Shown: positions 10,052 through 20,986, counted from the first letter of the stretch. The stretch: DNA of 64,000 bases from an uncultured bacterium (GCA_905214615.1 CAJMMX010000001.1:9379-73378); one strand, 5' to 3'. The notes: generated by a model from the sequence alone, not told the origin. Numbers and translations are program-made.

Positions 10052-10990
10052 ATGAACATGTCCGATTTGATTAAACTGACGCCGATCTTTCACGAGAAGA
10101 TCTGGGGCGGCCGCCAGCTCGAAACCGTATTTGGTTATGACATTCCCGAGGGTCCCATCGGTGAGTGCTGGGCCATCTCGGCACACCCCAACGGCGACTG
10201 CCAGATCGCTGAGGGCCCGTACGCCGGTCACACACTGTCATGGCTGTGGGCCGAGCACCGCGAGCTCTTTGGCAACTGCGAGGGCAAGGGGTTCCCGCTG
10301 CTCATTAAGATTCTGGACGCCAAGGACGACCTTTCGATCCAGATCCATCCCAACGACGAGTACGCCGCCGAGCACGAGAACGGCAGCCTGGGCAAAACCG
10401 AGTGCTGGTATGTGCTGGACTGCGAGCCCGGCGCCACGATCATCGTCGGACAGCGCGCGCACGACCGCGCCGAGGCCGCGCGTATGATCGAGGACGGCCG
10501 CTGGGACGACATGCTCAACGTGCTGCCGATTCACAAGGGCGACTTTTTCCAGATTGATTCCGGTACCGTCCACGCCATCAAGACCGGCACGCTCATTTTG
10601 GAGACGCAGCAGTCGAGCGACGTGACGTATCGCCTGTACGACTACGACCGTCCCGGCACCGACGGCAAACTGCGTCCCCTGCACATTGAGCAGAGTCTCG
10701 ACTGCATCGACTTTGATTCTCAGGCCCCGACCGACGGCACCGTGACCGCGCCCGAAGTCGACGGCGTGACCGAACTCGAGTCCAACCCCTGCTACACCGT
10801 CGATCGCGTGCGCGTCAACGGCAGCAAGACCCTCGACCAGCACTGGCCCTTCATGTGTCTGTCGGTCATCGACGGCGAAGGCACCGTCTGCGGCGACCCC
10901 GTCCACAAGGGAAGCCACCTGCTAGCCCCGAGCACCGTCAGCTCCATCGACCTCGAAGGCAAGATGGAATTGATCATCAGCCACCTCTAG
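10052..10990 (+). CDS. manA: Mannose-6-phosphate isomerase class I
   Basis: EKIWGG, GECWAISAH, FPLLIKILDA, LSIQIHP, GKTECWY, QQSSDVTYRLYDY. Confidence 0.95.
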   Translation: MNMSDLIKLTPIFHEKIWGGRQLETVFGYDIPEGPIGECWAISAHPNGDCQIAEGPYAGHTLSWLWAEHRELFGNCEGKGFPLLIKILDAKDDLSIQIHPNDEYAAEHENGSLGKTECWYVLDCEPGATIIVGQRAHDRAEAARMIEDGRWDDMLNVLPIHKGDFFQIDSGTVHAIKTGTLILETQQSSDVTYRLYDYDRPGTDGKLRPLHIEQSLDCIDFDSQAPTDGTVTAPEVDGVTELESNPCYTVDRVRVNGSKTLDQHWPFMCLSVIDGEGTVCGDPVHKGSHLLAPSTVSSIDLEGKMELIISHL

Positions 10991-11159
10991 GTCGCACCAA
11001 CAACCAAAACGCAACAAGGGGCTCCCCCGCTCATCAAACGGGAGAGCCCCTACTCACATCTATTTATCAGCCCACCCGGCTCTCCAGACCAAAAAGCGAA
11101 CGAGCAAAGCGACGTTCGCAAGCAACGTTGTCCATGGCGCCTGTCCGGGGCCGCCGGGA

Positions 11160-14060
11160 TTACGACAGCTTGACGATCGGTGCAAAACCTTTCATGAGCT
11201 TTTTAGTCTGGCCGGTTTTTTCGAATTGAACCTCGATCATGTCTCCGGCGACCGAGATCACGGTGCCCGTGCCAAAGGTCTTATGACTCACGGTATCGCC
11301 CGCGGCAAAATCCTGCGATGCGCTCGCGCGATCGACCTTGCGCTCCACCGTCGGCGACACCTTGGACGACGGCTTTTTGGCTCGCGGTGAGCCCGAGCCA
11401 AAGGTCGAGGCAACACGGCCGGCGTCGGGCGAGACCCCGCGATGACGCTCGGTCCCGTAGCTGCTGCCGCCAAAGAAATCGTCGAAGCTCGATCCGCCAC
11501 GCGAGGCGGAACCGCCGGTCGAGCGCGTATGCGAGCCAAACACCTTGCCGCCGTACATATCCGAGCCCATGCCCGAGCCAAAGGTGCCGCGACGGTCACC
11601 GCGCTTCTCCCAGCCCGTGCCCTCAAAACCGGCAGAACCGATACCGCTAAACTCGATATCCTCAAACGGAATCTCGTTGAGGAAGCGCGAGCGCGGGTTG
11701 GCAGAGGTCGAGCCGTAGGTGCGACGCGTGGCCGCATAGGTCAAAAACAGGCGCTTACGGGCACGCGTGATGGCGACGTAGGCCAGGCGGCGCTCCTCCT
11801 CGAGCTTGCCCGGATCATCGCTGCCGCCAAAGTCGTGCACGTGCGGGAAGATACCCTCCTCCATGCCGGCCACGAACACCGCAGGGAACTCCAGGCCCTT
11901 GGCGGAGTGAATGGTCATCATGGTGATGGCATACGTCTCGCCGGCCAGGGAATCCAAGTCGGAGCGCAGGGCCAGCCACTCCATGAGTGCCGGCAGCGCC
12001 TTGCAGGTGAGCGGACCGTAGGTACGCTCGATCTCGTCGGCATGCACGGCGCCCGCCGGCATCTCTGTCGGCGCGGCATACGCGTTGCCCGCGATGGCGG
12101 CGGCCAGGGCATCCTGCGGAGATAGCGCCGGAGCAGCCAAGCTACCGAGCGGATTAGAGCCCGCAGCGTCACGAGCGCCGACAAGTGCCTCGAACGAGGA
12201 TGCCGGGGCAGACGGCCCCGGTTCGGGCGCAGGTGCGCTCACCACAACGGGCTCGGGCTCGGCACTGGCAGGCACATCGGCAACACCGGCTGCGCGCAGC
12301 TCTTCCAAGCTCTCGAGCGTGCCTTCGATATCCTCGTGCGTCTCCTCAAATTCCGCCGCAACGCCCAGGAATTCCTGGATGTTCTCGGCGCGGCTCTCGG
12401 ACTCCATGGTGCCCTCGGCGCGGAAGGCCTGCAGCAGGCCCGTCTTGTCAACAATCATCTCGACAACGTCCTTGAGCTCGCCGTCCATGCGGCGGCCCTC
12501 GCGCACCAGCGACACAAAGCTCGACAGGCCATTGCGGACCTTGGCGCTAAACATGCCCGTCTCGGCGCACGCGATCTCGCAGGCTTGGAAGAACGAGCAA
12601 CGGTTGTCGCGCGCCAGCTGCTCGATCTTTTGGATCGAGGTGGAGCCGATACCGCGGCGCGGCGTGTTGATGACGCGCTTGACGCTCATCTCGTCTGCCG
12701 GGTTCACGATCATCTTGAGGTAGGCCATGACGTCGCGGATCTCGGCACGGTCGAAAAATCGCGTGCCGCCCACGATCTTGTAGGGCACGCCCGCGCGCAG
12801 GAACATATCTTCGAGAATACGCGACTGGGCGTTGGTGCGATAGAACACAGCGATGTCGTCGTAGCTCGTGCCCTTGGAGTGCAGCTTTTCGATCTCGCCG
12901 GCAATCCAGCGGCCCTCGTCGCGCTCATCGCTTGCCTGGAAAGCCTGGATCTTCTCGCCATCGCCCTCGGCCGTAAACAGGCGCTTGTCCTTGCGCTGCG
13001 AGTTGTGGCGCACCACGGCGTTGGCGGCGCTCAGGATATGGCCCGTGGAGCGGTAGTTCTGCTCCAGCTTGACGGTCTTGCAGTTTTTAAAGTCCTGCTC
13101 AAAGTCCAGGATATTGGTGATGTCGGCGCCACGCCAGCTATAAATGGACTGGTCGTCGTCACCTACGACCATGAGGTTTTGGTACTTGGCGGCCAGCAGG
13201 TTGGCGATCTCGTACTGGACGTGGTTGGTGTCCTGATACTCGTCGACGCTAATGTAGCGGAAGCGCTCCTGATACTTGTCGAGCACCTCGGGGCGGGTGC
13301 GCAGCAGCTCGAGCGTGCGCACGAGCAGGTCGTCGAAGTCCATCGCGTTGGCGGCGCGCAGGCGACGCTCCAGCTCCAGGTAGACCTGCGCGGCCTTTTT
13401 GTCATTGGGGCTGTCGGCGGATTTGAGCATGTCCTCGGGCCCGATCATGGCGTTTTTAGCCGAGCTGATCTTGCTGCGGATCATGTTGATGGGGAACTGC
13501 TTTTGCTCGATGCCAAGTGCCTGCATAATGTCGCGCACCATGCGCTTGGAATCGTCGTCATCGTAGATGGTGAACTGACCGGTGTAGCCCAGCAGGTCGG
13601 CGTCCTCGCGCAGCATGCGCACGCACATGGCATGGAAGGTGCACACCCACATGCCGCGGGTACCGCTGGGAATAAGTGCCGCCAGACGCTCGCGCATCTC
13701 GGCCGCAGCCTTGTTGGTAAACGTGATGGCAAGGATCTGCCAGGGCTTAACGCCCAGATCACCGAGCATATGGGCGATGCGGAAGGTCAGGACGCGGGTC
13801 TTGCCCGAGCCAGCACCGGCAAGGACCAGCAACGGACCCTCGGTGGTCAGGACGGCCTCGCGCTGGGCGGGGTTAAGACTGTCGATGTCGACAAGCGGCT
13901 TAGCGGGCTTGGGTGCCGGAGCCGGGGCGTCGTAGATGTCGAGCGGGACGAGCTCGGGCTCCGGCGCAGCGGGGGCAGTGTACGCATCGAGCGGCACGGG
14001 TTCCGGCGCGGGCGGCACGGGTACCGCGGCGTTCTTTTCCCAGGGCAAGGGCTGGGTCAT
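11160..14060 (-). CDS. pcrA: UvrD/PcrA ATP-dependent DNA helicase
   Basis: LAGAGSGKT, VDEYQDTN, VGDDDQSIY, LEQNYRST, MTIHSAKGLEF, EERRLAYVAITRA; C-terminal Tudor-like HKTFGTG. Confidence 0.95.
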   Translation of the reverse strand: MTQPLPWEKNAAVPVPPAPEPVPLDAYTAPAAPEPELVPLDIYDAPAPAPKPAKPLVDIDSLNPAQREAVLTTEGPLLVLAGAGSGKTRVLTFRIAHMLGDLGVKPWQILAITFTNKAAAEMRERLAALIPSGTRGMWVCTFHAMCVRMLREDADLLGYTGQFTIYDDDDSKRMVRDIMQALGIEQKQFPINMIRSKISSAKNAMIGPEDMLKSADSPNDKKAAQVYLELERRLRAANAMDFDDLLVRTLELLRTRPEVLDKYQERFRYISVDEYQDTNHVQYEIANLLAAKYQNLMVVGDDDQSIYSWRGADITNILDFEQDFKNCKTVKLEQNYRSTGHILSAANAVVRHNSQRKDKRLFTAEGDGEKIQAFQASDERDEGRWIAGEIEKLHSKGTSYDDIAVFYRTNAQSRILEDMFLRAGVPYKIVGGTRFFDRAEIRDVMAYLKMIVNPADEMSVKRVINTPRRGIGSTSIQKIEQLARDNRCSFFQACEIACAETGMFSAKVRNGLSSFVSLVREGRRMDGELKDVVEMIVDKTGLLQAFRAEGTMESESRAENIQEFLGVAAEFEETHEDIEGTLESLEELRAAGVADVPASAEPEPVVVSAPAPEPGPSAPASSFEALVGARDAAGSNPLGSLAAPALSPQDALAAAIAGNAYAAPTEMPAGAVHADEIERTYGPLTCKALPALMEWLALRSDLDSLAGETYAITMMTIHSAKGLEFPAVFVAGMEEGIFPHVHDFGGSDDPGKLEEERRLAYVAITRARKRLFLTYAATRRTYGSTSANPRSRFLNEIPFEDIEFSGIGSAGFEGTGWEKRGDRRGTFGSGMGSDMYGGKVFGSHTRSTGGSASRGGSSFDDFFGGSSYGTERHRGVSPDAGRVASTFGSGSPRAKKPSSKVSPTVERKVDRASASQDFAAGDTVSHKTFGTGTVISVAGDMIEVQFEKTGQTKKLMKGFAPIVKLS

Positions 14061-14268
14061 GGGCGACTCCTCATCTGACGGACGGCGCGCCTGCGGGCAG
14101 CGCCATAGTTTGAGCCGTACCAGTATACCGAGCCGCGCGGACACCGACGCAAATCACACCACGACTCCGTGCGTCGCCGCCAAACCTGACCCCATTGCAC
14201 CAATCACGGAGCCACCGATGTCACGGCAGCAGCAGCGAGCAGCGGCCAGGGCGAACAAATTGGCATGA

Positions 14269-14309
14269 AAAGGGGGCGGCATAGACCTTTTGGTCATGCC
14301 GCCCCCTTT
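14269..14309 (-). terminator. Intrinsic terminator downstream of uppP
   Basis: AAAGGGGGCGGCAT...ATGCCGCCCCCTTT hairpin. Confidence 0.75.
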
Positions 14310-14353
14310 GAATGACAAGTTGTCGCTCCGGTCGCCGTGCAGCGTCAACCAAG

Positions 14354-15334
14354 TTACAGGCCGAGCATGGGCTCCAGGACAAAGAAGTACGCAAGCACCA
14401 CGATACCCAGGATGATGCGGTAGACACCGAAGCACTTAAAGTCGTGACGGCGGACGAAGCCCATGAGCCACTTGATGGCGATGAGCGAAACCACAAAGGC
14501 CACAGCGCAGCCCACGCCCAAGATAGCGACCTCGTTGGCGCCGAACGTGCCGCCCTTGATGAAGTACTTGACCAGCTTGAGCGCACTCGCGCCAAACATG
14601 ACAGGGATGGCCAGGAAGAACGTGAACTTGGACGCCACCGAACGCGTGCAGCCCAAAAGCAGGCCACCGATGATGGTAGAGCCGGAGCGAGACGTACCGG
14701 GCACCAGCGAAAGCACCTGGAAGCAGCCGATACCCAGCGCAGTCTTCCAGCTCAGGTCCTCGAGCGTGGCGATGGAACCAAAGTCCAGATTCTCGTCATC
14801 GTCCTCATCCTCAACGGTAGCCGCGGCGGACGCCGCAAAGTGCGCACCGGCGGGACGTCCGCCCGCCACCACAGCACGCGAACCAAACGAACCGGCAACG
14901 GCCATTTCCTCGCGCTTGCTCGCGCGCCAGTTCTCGATCACGATAAACAGCACGCCGTACACAATGAGCGCCAGCGCCACGACGGGAGCGTTGTAGAAAT
15001 GCTCCTCCATCCAGTCGTTGAGCGGCAGGCCGATCGCTGCCGCAGGAATGCAGCCGAGCACAATCTTGCCCCACAGCACCCAGGTGTCGCGACGGCCCTC
15101 CTTGCCCTTGCTGGGCGAGAACGGATTGAGCTCATGGAAGAACAGCACACAGACGGCCAGAATGGCGCCGAGCTGAATCACGACCAGGAACATATTCCAG
15201 AACGTCTCGCTCACGTTCATCTTGACGAACTCGTCCACCAAGATCATGTGACCCGTCGACGAAACGGGCAGCCATTCGGTGATGCCCTCGACCAGGCCCA
15301 TGAAGGCAGATTTTAGAAGCTCGATAATATCCAA
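14354..15334 (-). CDS. uppP: Undecaprenyl-diphosphate phosphatase
   Basis: GLVEGITEWLPVSSTGHM, IQLGAILAV and PGTSRSGSTI motifs; TTG start after GAGGGG. Confidence 0.93.
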   Translation of the reverse strand: MDIIELLKSAFMGLVEGITEWLPVSSTGHMILVDEFVKMNVSETFWNMFLVVIQLGAILAVCVLFFHELNPFSPSKGKEGRRDTWVLWGKIVLGCIPAAAIGLPLNDWMEEHFYNAPVVALALIVYGVLFIVIENWRASKREEMAVAGSFGSRAVVAGGRPAGAHFAASAAATVEDEDDDENLDFGSIATLEDLSWKTALGIGCFQVLSLVPGTSRSGSTIIGGLLLGCTRSVASKFTFFLAIPVMFGASALKLVKYFIKGGTFGANEVAILGVGCAVAFVVSLIAIKWLMGFVRRHDFKCFGVYRIILGIVVLAYFFVLEPMLGL

Positions 15335-15583
15335 AGGGACCCCCTCGTTAGACACCCGCCGGTAGATGTTCTGCGGACGATGCGGGCGATGTCCCATTAT
15401 CAACCGTTGGCGGTGCGACCGCGCCTACCCTTACCAAAAAACTCGCCCGTTCACAGAATTGCGAGCGGTCAAATCGAAATCCTTGGGTATAACTGCAACA
15501 AGATAAAGTGTCCGGCGGCCAACGCGCCCGCGCCCGCCCGACGCACGAGCCCCGCGCCCGTGCGATAGACCAAGGAGGAAACC

Positions 15584-16021
15584 ATGAACGAGGGCTACAC
15601 CAAGGTATTTGTTTCACTCGACGGTACTGAGCAGCAGGATTTTGTGCTCGCACGCGCCATCAAGGTCGCCGCGAACAACGGCGCCAAGCTGATTATCGGC
15701 CACGTTATCGATTCCACGGCGCTCGAGAGCGCCGGCTCCTATCCGGTCGATTTGGTCAACGGTCTGGAGGAGGCCTTTAAGAACTCCATCGAAAAGCAGC
15801 TCGAAGAGGCCAAGGCCAATCCCGATATTCCCGAGGTCGAGGTCATGATTCGTACCGGCCGCATTCGTGAGACGCTTAAGGATGAGATGCTCGACGTGGT
15901 CAAGCCCGACCTGGTGCTCTGCGGCGCTCGCGGCCTGTCCTCGATCAAGTATGCGCTTCTGGGTTCGATTTCGACGTTCCTGCTGCGCAATACCGACTGC
16001 GACATTTTGGTCGTAAAGTAG
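15584..16021 (+). CDS. Universal stress protein
   Basis: VSLDG, DLVLCGARG, LLGSIS and CDILVVK motifs; AAGGAGG RBS. Confidence 0.93.
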   Translation: MNEGYTKVFVSLDGTEQQDFVLARAIKVAANNGAKLIIGHVIDSTALESAGSYPVDLVNGLEEAFKNSIEKQLEEAKANPDIPEVEVMIRTGRIRETLKDEMLDVVKPDLVLCGARGLSSIKYALLGSISTFLLRNTDCDILVVK

Positions 16022-16034
16022 CGTTGCTCCCACC

Positions 16035-16127
16035 GGCCGCGGGGCCTGCGGGGTTTCCACGGGCACGTCCTCGCCGCGTTGCGGCTGCGGGATGTGCCCT
16101 TAGGAAACCCCTCCCGGCCCCGCGGCC
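16035..16127. repeat. Long GC-rich palindromic intergenic element
   Basis: GGCCGCGGGGCC..GGGGTTTCC..GGGCAC... pairs with ...GTGCCC..GGAAACCCC..GGCCCCGCGGCC, a hairpin of about 90 nt. Confidence 0.7.
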
Positions 16128-16242
16128 TTCGCAGCCTTACTTCAGCGAGTTGGCTGATAAAAGATGGCGTGCCGCCCCGTTTGGGGTGGCACGTTTTGTT
16201 TGGGCTGCACGTTTTTGTTTGGGCGGACGTCTGCCGCGTGCG

Positions 16243-17286
16243 TTACTCGAAATATTGAAACTTATTCGTTGAAAACGCGAATGTTACGACGAAGCCTTCG
16301 CCGGAGTTGGATGCTGCGGTGACGTCGATGCCCATCTTGGAGCACAGACGCGCCACCAGGTAGAGGCCGATGCCCGTTGCACGCTTGGTGGTGCGGCCGT
16401 TGTCGCCGGTAAAGCCCTTCTCGAACACGCGCGGCAGGTCGGCCGCGCTCACGCCACAGCCGTTGTCGGCAACGGTAAGCTCAATGCGCTCACTCGCCAG
16501 GCCCTCGTCCAGCAACGCGCCCGAAAACACGATCTTCGCGCCGTCCTCGCGCGCATATTTAATGCTGTTCTGGATGAGCTGACCTAAGATGAACTCCAGC
16601 CACTTCTCGTCGGTAAAGACCTCGAAGTCGAGGTTTTCGCACACCGGAGCCACGTGCGCTGCAATGAGTTCGCGCGCGTTGGCCTTAATCGCACCCGTCA
16701 CCAAGGTCTTGAGATCCCAGCGGCGAATCAGGTAATCGCGCTCCACGACTTCCGAGCGCGCATAGTACAGTGCCTGGTCGATATAGCGCTCAACGCGAGC
16801 CAGCTCGCGACCCAGGTCATCCACACGCGACAGGTCGTCTTCGCTGCCGTCTAGGTTTTCAAGAATCAGATGGGCCGCCGCCAGGGGCAACTTGGCCTCG
16901 TGGACCCAGCTTTCGATATAGTCGCGATAGTCATCGGTCTGACGTCGGCCTTCGGCAACCTCGTCGCAGGCAGCCTTGCCCACCCGGCGCAGGACCTCGT
17001 ACTCGAGCTCGCCCTCGGCATAGGTCGGACACTGCACCATCTCCTGCACCCACGCAGGGCTTTCCAGCTCCTCGGCCGCGCGCTCCAGCTGGTGCAAAAA
17101 TCGACGACGGCGCGCGTACTCGATCACGATGCCGAGCATGCCAAAGATAAAGGATACGCCGACCGCCACGACCACGATAGAAACGGGTGCGCCGGCGACC
17201 GTCAGCACAAAGCAGCTCAGCAGCACGCCGCACGTCCACACGGCGACGGGAAGCAGTGCATCTTTAAAGAACTTGCCAAACGACAT
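16243..17286 (-). CDS. Intramembrane-sensing histidine kinase, BceS/GraS-like
   Basis: Two close N-terminal TMs; WVHEAKLP H-box, TDEKWL, NSIKY, FEKGFTG and TGIGLY motifs. Confidence 0.9.
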   Translation of the reverse strand: MSFGKFFKDALLPVAVWTCGVLLSCFVLTVAGAPVSIVVVAVGVSFIFGMLGIVIEYARRRRFLHQLERAAEELESPAWVQEMVQCPTYAEGELEYEVLRRVGKAACDEVAEGRRQTDDYRDYIESWVHEAKLPLAAAHLILENLDGSEDDLSRVDDLGRELARVERYIDQALYYARSEVVERDYLIRRWDLKTLVTGAIKANARELIAAHVAPVCENLDFEVFTDEKWLEFILGQLIQNSIKYAREDGAKIVFSGALLDEGLASERIELTVADNGCGVSAADLPRVFEKGFTGDNGRTTKRATGIGLYLVARLCSKMGIDVTAASNSGEGFVVTFAFSTNKFQYFE

Positions 17287-17295
17287 AGCCGGCCC

Positions 17296-17967
17296 CTAGA
17301 CCGAATAGCCTTGGCCGCGATGCGTCGTCAAATACCCCTTGATGCCGATTTTTTCGAGCGTGGTGCGCAGGCGGTTGATGTTGACGGTGAGCGTATTGTC
17401 GTCCACGAAGGCGTCGGAGTCCCACAGGTCCTGCATGATGGCCGAGCGCGAGACGATCTTGCCCGCGCGGCTCAGGAGCAGCGAGAGAATGCGCAGCTCA
17501 TTTTTGGTGAGCTCGGTGCTGTCGCCGGTCGCCGTGTTGGTGACCATAGAGCGGGCGAGGTCGAGCTCCAGCCCCTTGTGGACGAGCGTGCTGCGCTCGC
17601 CTGACGCCGCGGTGCGACGCAGCAGTGCGTTGATGCGCGCCACGAGCACGCGCGCGCTATAGGGCTTGGGAACAAAGTCGTCCGCGCCGAGCGTCATGGC
17701 CATGACCTCGTCGATCTCGGTCGTGCGCGAGGTGAGGACGATGATGGGGACCTCGGATTCGCGGCGAACCTCGTGGCAGATATGCTGGCCGTCCTTGACG
17801 GGAAGCGTGAGGTCGAGCAGCACCAGGTCGGGCGCGGCGGCGAGAATATCGCGCGAGACATGCTCGAACGATTCGCAGGCCTCGATTTCAAACCCGGCGC
17901 GGGCAAGGATGTCGACAAGCTCACGACGAATGGGCTCGTCGTCCTCAACGATATAGATTAGCGCCAT
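17296..17967 (-). CDS. OmpR-family response regulator, BceR/GraR-like
   Basis: IVEDD, DLVLLD, GADDFVPKP and FVDDNTLTVNINRLR motifs. Confidence 0.93.
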   Translation of the reverse strand: MALIYIVEDDEPIRRELVDILARAGFEIEACESFEHVSRDILAAAPDLVLLDLTLPVKDGQHICHEVRRESEVPIIVLTSRTTEIDEVMAMTLGADDFVPKPYSARVLVARINALLRRTAASGERSTLVHKGLELDLARSMVTNTATGDSTELTKNELRILSLLLSRAGKIVSRSAIMQDLWDSDAFVDDNTLTVNINRLRTTLEKIGIKGYLTTHRGQGYSV

Positions 17968-18146
17968 GGATTCCGCTCCCCTCTTGGTTGTCTTGCCACC
18001 ATTATGGCTGCGAAACTGCAGGTGCGCGCCACGCACGTCGCCAAGGTGACAGAACTGTTCGCGAGCGGGGGCGTTTTGTCCGCCTCGCACTCGCAGCGGT
18101 GGCGGGAACCAAAATGATTCTTTAATCCCCGTCCCAGAATAATCAT

Positions 18147-18878
18147 TTAGCGGCGGGCGCGAAGCTTTTCGTAGCCGTCGGCAAAGAAGGCGACCGCCGC
18201 GGCATCAGACTCGGCGGCGTCGGCGTCGGTGGCAGGCACCACGCCGTGCTCGTCGCTTACCAGGAACAAGGCGCCCTTGAGCTGTGCGGGAATGTCTACG
18301 CGCGTGACCGGGATGCCCTTGGTCTGGGCCAGCTGCTCTATGAGCGTCGCCGTGCCACACAGGCACTCGTCCGCCGGCGCCACAAAGGCCAGCTCGCCGT
18401 TGTTGACGGCAGCGAGCAGCTCGGGCGCCACGCCGGTTTCGTCGGCCTCGGAGCGGGCCTCGGCGGAGCGGGCACGCAGCGCCTTGGCCGAAGTATCGGC
18501 CAGCGGCTCGTACTCACCCACCGTCATGGCGGCATTGCCGTTAACGTCGATCACCAGCATGAGAACGCCGTCGTGCGCGGTGTAATCGCCCTCGGCAAGC
18601 GACCACTCAACGTGCTGCTTGGCCCAGCTGAGCATGTTATGGGTAAGCGGCTCGCCCTGCACCAAGCGCTCGGACAGCGCGCGAATGTGACGGTTGAGCA
18701 TGGGCACCTTTTTGTTGGACATGCGCCAACGGCAGATAAGCGCGGGCTTGTCGAGCGTAAACTTCTCGACCGCCTCCTGATTGGCGCAAAAGTCCTCGTA
18801 CGCACGCTGGTCCTCGGCATTGCCAAACAGCTCTGCATCATCAATCTGGGGCATGGTCATACCTTTCGTGTTAGTCAT
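18147..18878 (-). CDS. Hypothetical protein, possibly a divergent class IV aminotransferase/ADC-lyase fold
   Basis: Host-like codon usage; LNRHIRAL and LFLVSDEHGVVP loosely echo class IV motifs. Confidence 0.55.
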   Translation of the reverse strand: MTNTKGMTMPQIDDAELFGNAEDQRAYEDFCANQEAVEKFTLDKPALICRWRMSNKKVPMLNRHIRALSERLVQGEPLTHNMLSWAKQHVEWSLAEGDYTAHDGVLMLVIDVNGNAAMTVGEYEPLADTSAKALRARSAEARSEADETGVAPELLAAVNNGELAFVAPADECLCGTATLIEQLAQTKGIPVTRVDIPAQLKGALFLVSDEHGVVPATDADAAESDAAAVAFFADGYEKLRARR

Positions 18879-18999
18879 TCCGTCCTCTTATACCAAAAAG
18901 ACGGTCCTCCAAACGGAGCGACCGTCTTTTGCAGAGATTATTTTGACGATATGGTCAGGCGACCGATCAGCTTAATGGGATAGAACAACATCCCATTAA

Positions 19000-19101
19000 G
19001 GGTTTTCCAAGTGCCCGAGATTGCCCCGAAAGAGGAGCGCCGCGTACTAAATGTACGCAAGCGACGGTTTGAGGGGCAAGGTCGGGTGCTTGGGAAAGCC
19101 T
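19000..19101. repeat. Long palindromic intergenic element (GCGTAC-loop-GTACGC core)
   Basis: GGTTTTCCAAG.GCCCGA..TTGCCCC...GCGTAC TAAAT GTACGC...GGGGCAA..TCGGGTGCTTGGGAAAGCC; preceded by another hairpin at 18971-19000. Confidence 0.65.
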
Positions 19102-20709
19102 CTAGTGCCTAAAATGCCTGGCACCGGTGAACACCATCGCAATACCATGCTCATTGCAGGCCTGGATGCTCTCGTCATCGCGCTTGGAGCCGCCGGGCTG
19201 GATGATGCAGGTCACGCCGTGTGCGGCAAGCACGTCGACGTTGTCGCGGAACGGGAAGAACGCGTCGCTTGCGCAGGCAAAGCCGCCCTTCTCCACGCCC
19301 TCGCGCTCGCAGAAATCCTCGGCGCGCTCGCAGGCAAGCAGCGCAGAGTCAACGCGGTTGGGCTGACCGGGGCCCATGCCAATGCCGGCCTTGCCCTTGG
19401 AGACCAGGATGGCGTTGGACTTGACGCCCTTGCAGACCTTCCAGGCAAACTCGAGCTCGGCCATCTCGGCATCGGTGGGCTTGCGGTCGGTGGGGAACGT
19501 AAAGGTCGCGGGGTCCTCGGTCACGTGGTCGACCTCCTGCACCAGCATGCCGCCGTCGATGGAGCGCAGCTCCACCTGGGCGCCGTGGTCTACGCCGCCG
19601 GTAGCCAGCACGCGCAGGTTGGGGCGCTTGGCCATGCGCTCGAGCGCCTCGTCGGTGTAGCCCGGGGCGATGATGACCTCGACGAACTGCTTGTTCTGAT
19701 CGGCAAAGTGCTCAACCAGCTCAAAGGGGACCTCGCGGTTGCAGGCGATGATGCCACCAAAGGCGCTCTTGGGATCGCAGGCAAAGGCACGGTCGTAGGC
19801 AGCCGTGATGTCCTCGGCAACGGCGGAACCGCAGGGGTTCTGATGCTTAAGGATCACGCAGGCCGGCTCGTCGAACTCGCGGACCAGGTTCCAAGCGGCA
19901 TCGGCATCCAGATAGTTGTTGTAGCTGAGCGGCTTGCCCTGGATCTGCTCGGAGCCCACGAGCGGGAACTGAGAGCTCGCGGTGTTCTCGCAGCCCTCGG
20001 CAAAGCGATAGACCGTGGCCTTCTGCTGCGGGTTCTCGCCATAGCGCAGGTCGTCGACCTTTTCCAGCGAGATCTCGAGCTTGGCAGAGGTGTCCGCCAC
20101 GTCGCTTGCCTGGGCGGCAAGCCAACGGGAGATAGCCGTGTCGTAGGCGGCGGTGGTCTGGTAGACCTTCACCTGCAGGCGACGACGGGTGGAAAGCGTG
20201 GTGCAGCCACCGGTCTCGCGCATCTCGGCCAGGACGGCATCATAGTCGGCCGGGTCGGAGATGACGGTAACGCTCGCGGCGTTCTTGGCGGCAGAGCGCA
20301 ACATGGAAGGGCCACCGATGTCGATGTGCTCGATGGCATCCGCAAAGGTGACCTCGGGGTTGGCGACGGTCTTCTCGAACTCGTACAGGTTGACGACGAC
20401 CAAGTCGATCAGCTTAATGCCGTGCTGAGCGGCCTCCTGCATGTGCTGCTCGGAATCGCGGCGGGCCAGCAGCGCGCCGTGAACCTTGGGGTGCAGGGTC
20501 TTAACGCGGCCGTCCATCATCTCGGGATAGCCCGTGAACTCCTCGATGGGGGTTACGGGAACGCCCGCGTCCTCGATGGCACGAGCCGTGCCGCCCGTAG
20601 AGATGATCTCGACGCCAAAGTCATCGACCAGCGTCCGTGCGAAATCGACGACACCCGTTTTATCGGTAACCGAGATCAACGCGCGTGCGATCTTCACATC
20701 AGATCCCAT
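19102..20709 (-). CDS. purH: Bifunctional AICAR transformylase/IMP cyclohydrolase
   Basis: [43 protein letters not shown] and FTGARHFRH motifs. Confidence 0.98.
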   Translation of the reverse strand: MGSDVKIARALISVTDKTGVVDFARTLVDDFGVEIISTGGTARAIEDAGVPVTPIEEFTGYPEMMDGRVKTLHPKVHGALLARRDSEQHMQEAAQHGIKLIDLVVVNLYEFEKTVANPEVTFADAIEHIDIGGPSMLRSAAKNAASVTVISDPADYDAVLAEMRETGGCTTLSTRRRLQVKVYQTTAAYDTAISRWLAAQASDVADTSAKLEISLEKVDDLRYGENPQQKATVYRFAEGCENTASSQFPLVGSEQIQGKPLSYNNYLDADAAWNLVREFDEPACVILKHQNPCGSAVAEDITAAYDRAFACDPKSAFGGIIACNREVPFELVEHFADQNKQFVEVIIAPGYTDEALERMAKRPNLRVLATGGVDHGAQVELRSIDGGMLVQEVDHVTEDPATFTFPTDRKPTDAEMAELEFAWKVCKGVKSNAILVSKGKAGIGMGPGQPNRVDSALLACERAEDFCEREGVEKGGFACASDAFFPFRDNVDVLAAHGVTCIIQPGGSKRDDESIQACNEHGIAMVFTGARHFRH

Positions 20710-20986
20710 GCAGTCCTCCTGTCTGGTACGCCGCCGTGCTCTGTGAGTCGGTGATACGTCGATCTGCAGCGCTCGCGCAGCGGCATTGAAAATACTGATT
20801 CAATGTAGCGCATCGAGCGCATCGATGCACCCCGCAACGAGCGCATGTGCAGAAAAAGTTTGCGAGCGGAGGGGATGGGCACGGCACCGGGCACGGTGAG
20901 TTCATGGAACACAGGGGCACCATAATTAGATGCCAATAGCGTGGTAGAACTGTGCTCGATATGCATCCGCAAAAGAAAGAGGCACC

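Noticed and set aside
242..14078. Long antisense ORFs (e.g. 242-1186, 3062-4807, 12336-14078; also 19051-20754, 32400-34346, 53064-54269)
   Set aside because: Shadow frames opposite well-supported genes, expected in high-GC DNA; no motifs.
20710..20800. ZMP/ZTP riboswitch upstream of purH
   Set aside because: Expected from context, but I could not find the conserved consensus; an Rfam scan would be needed.
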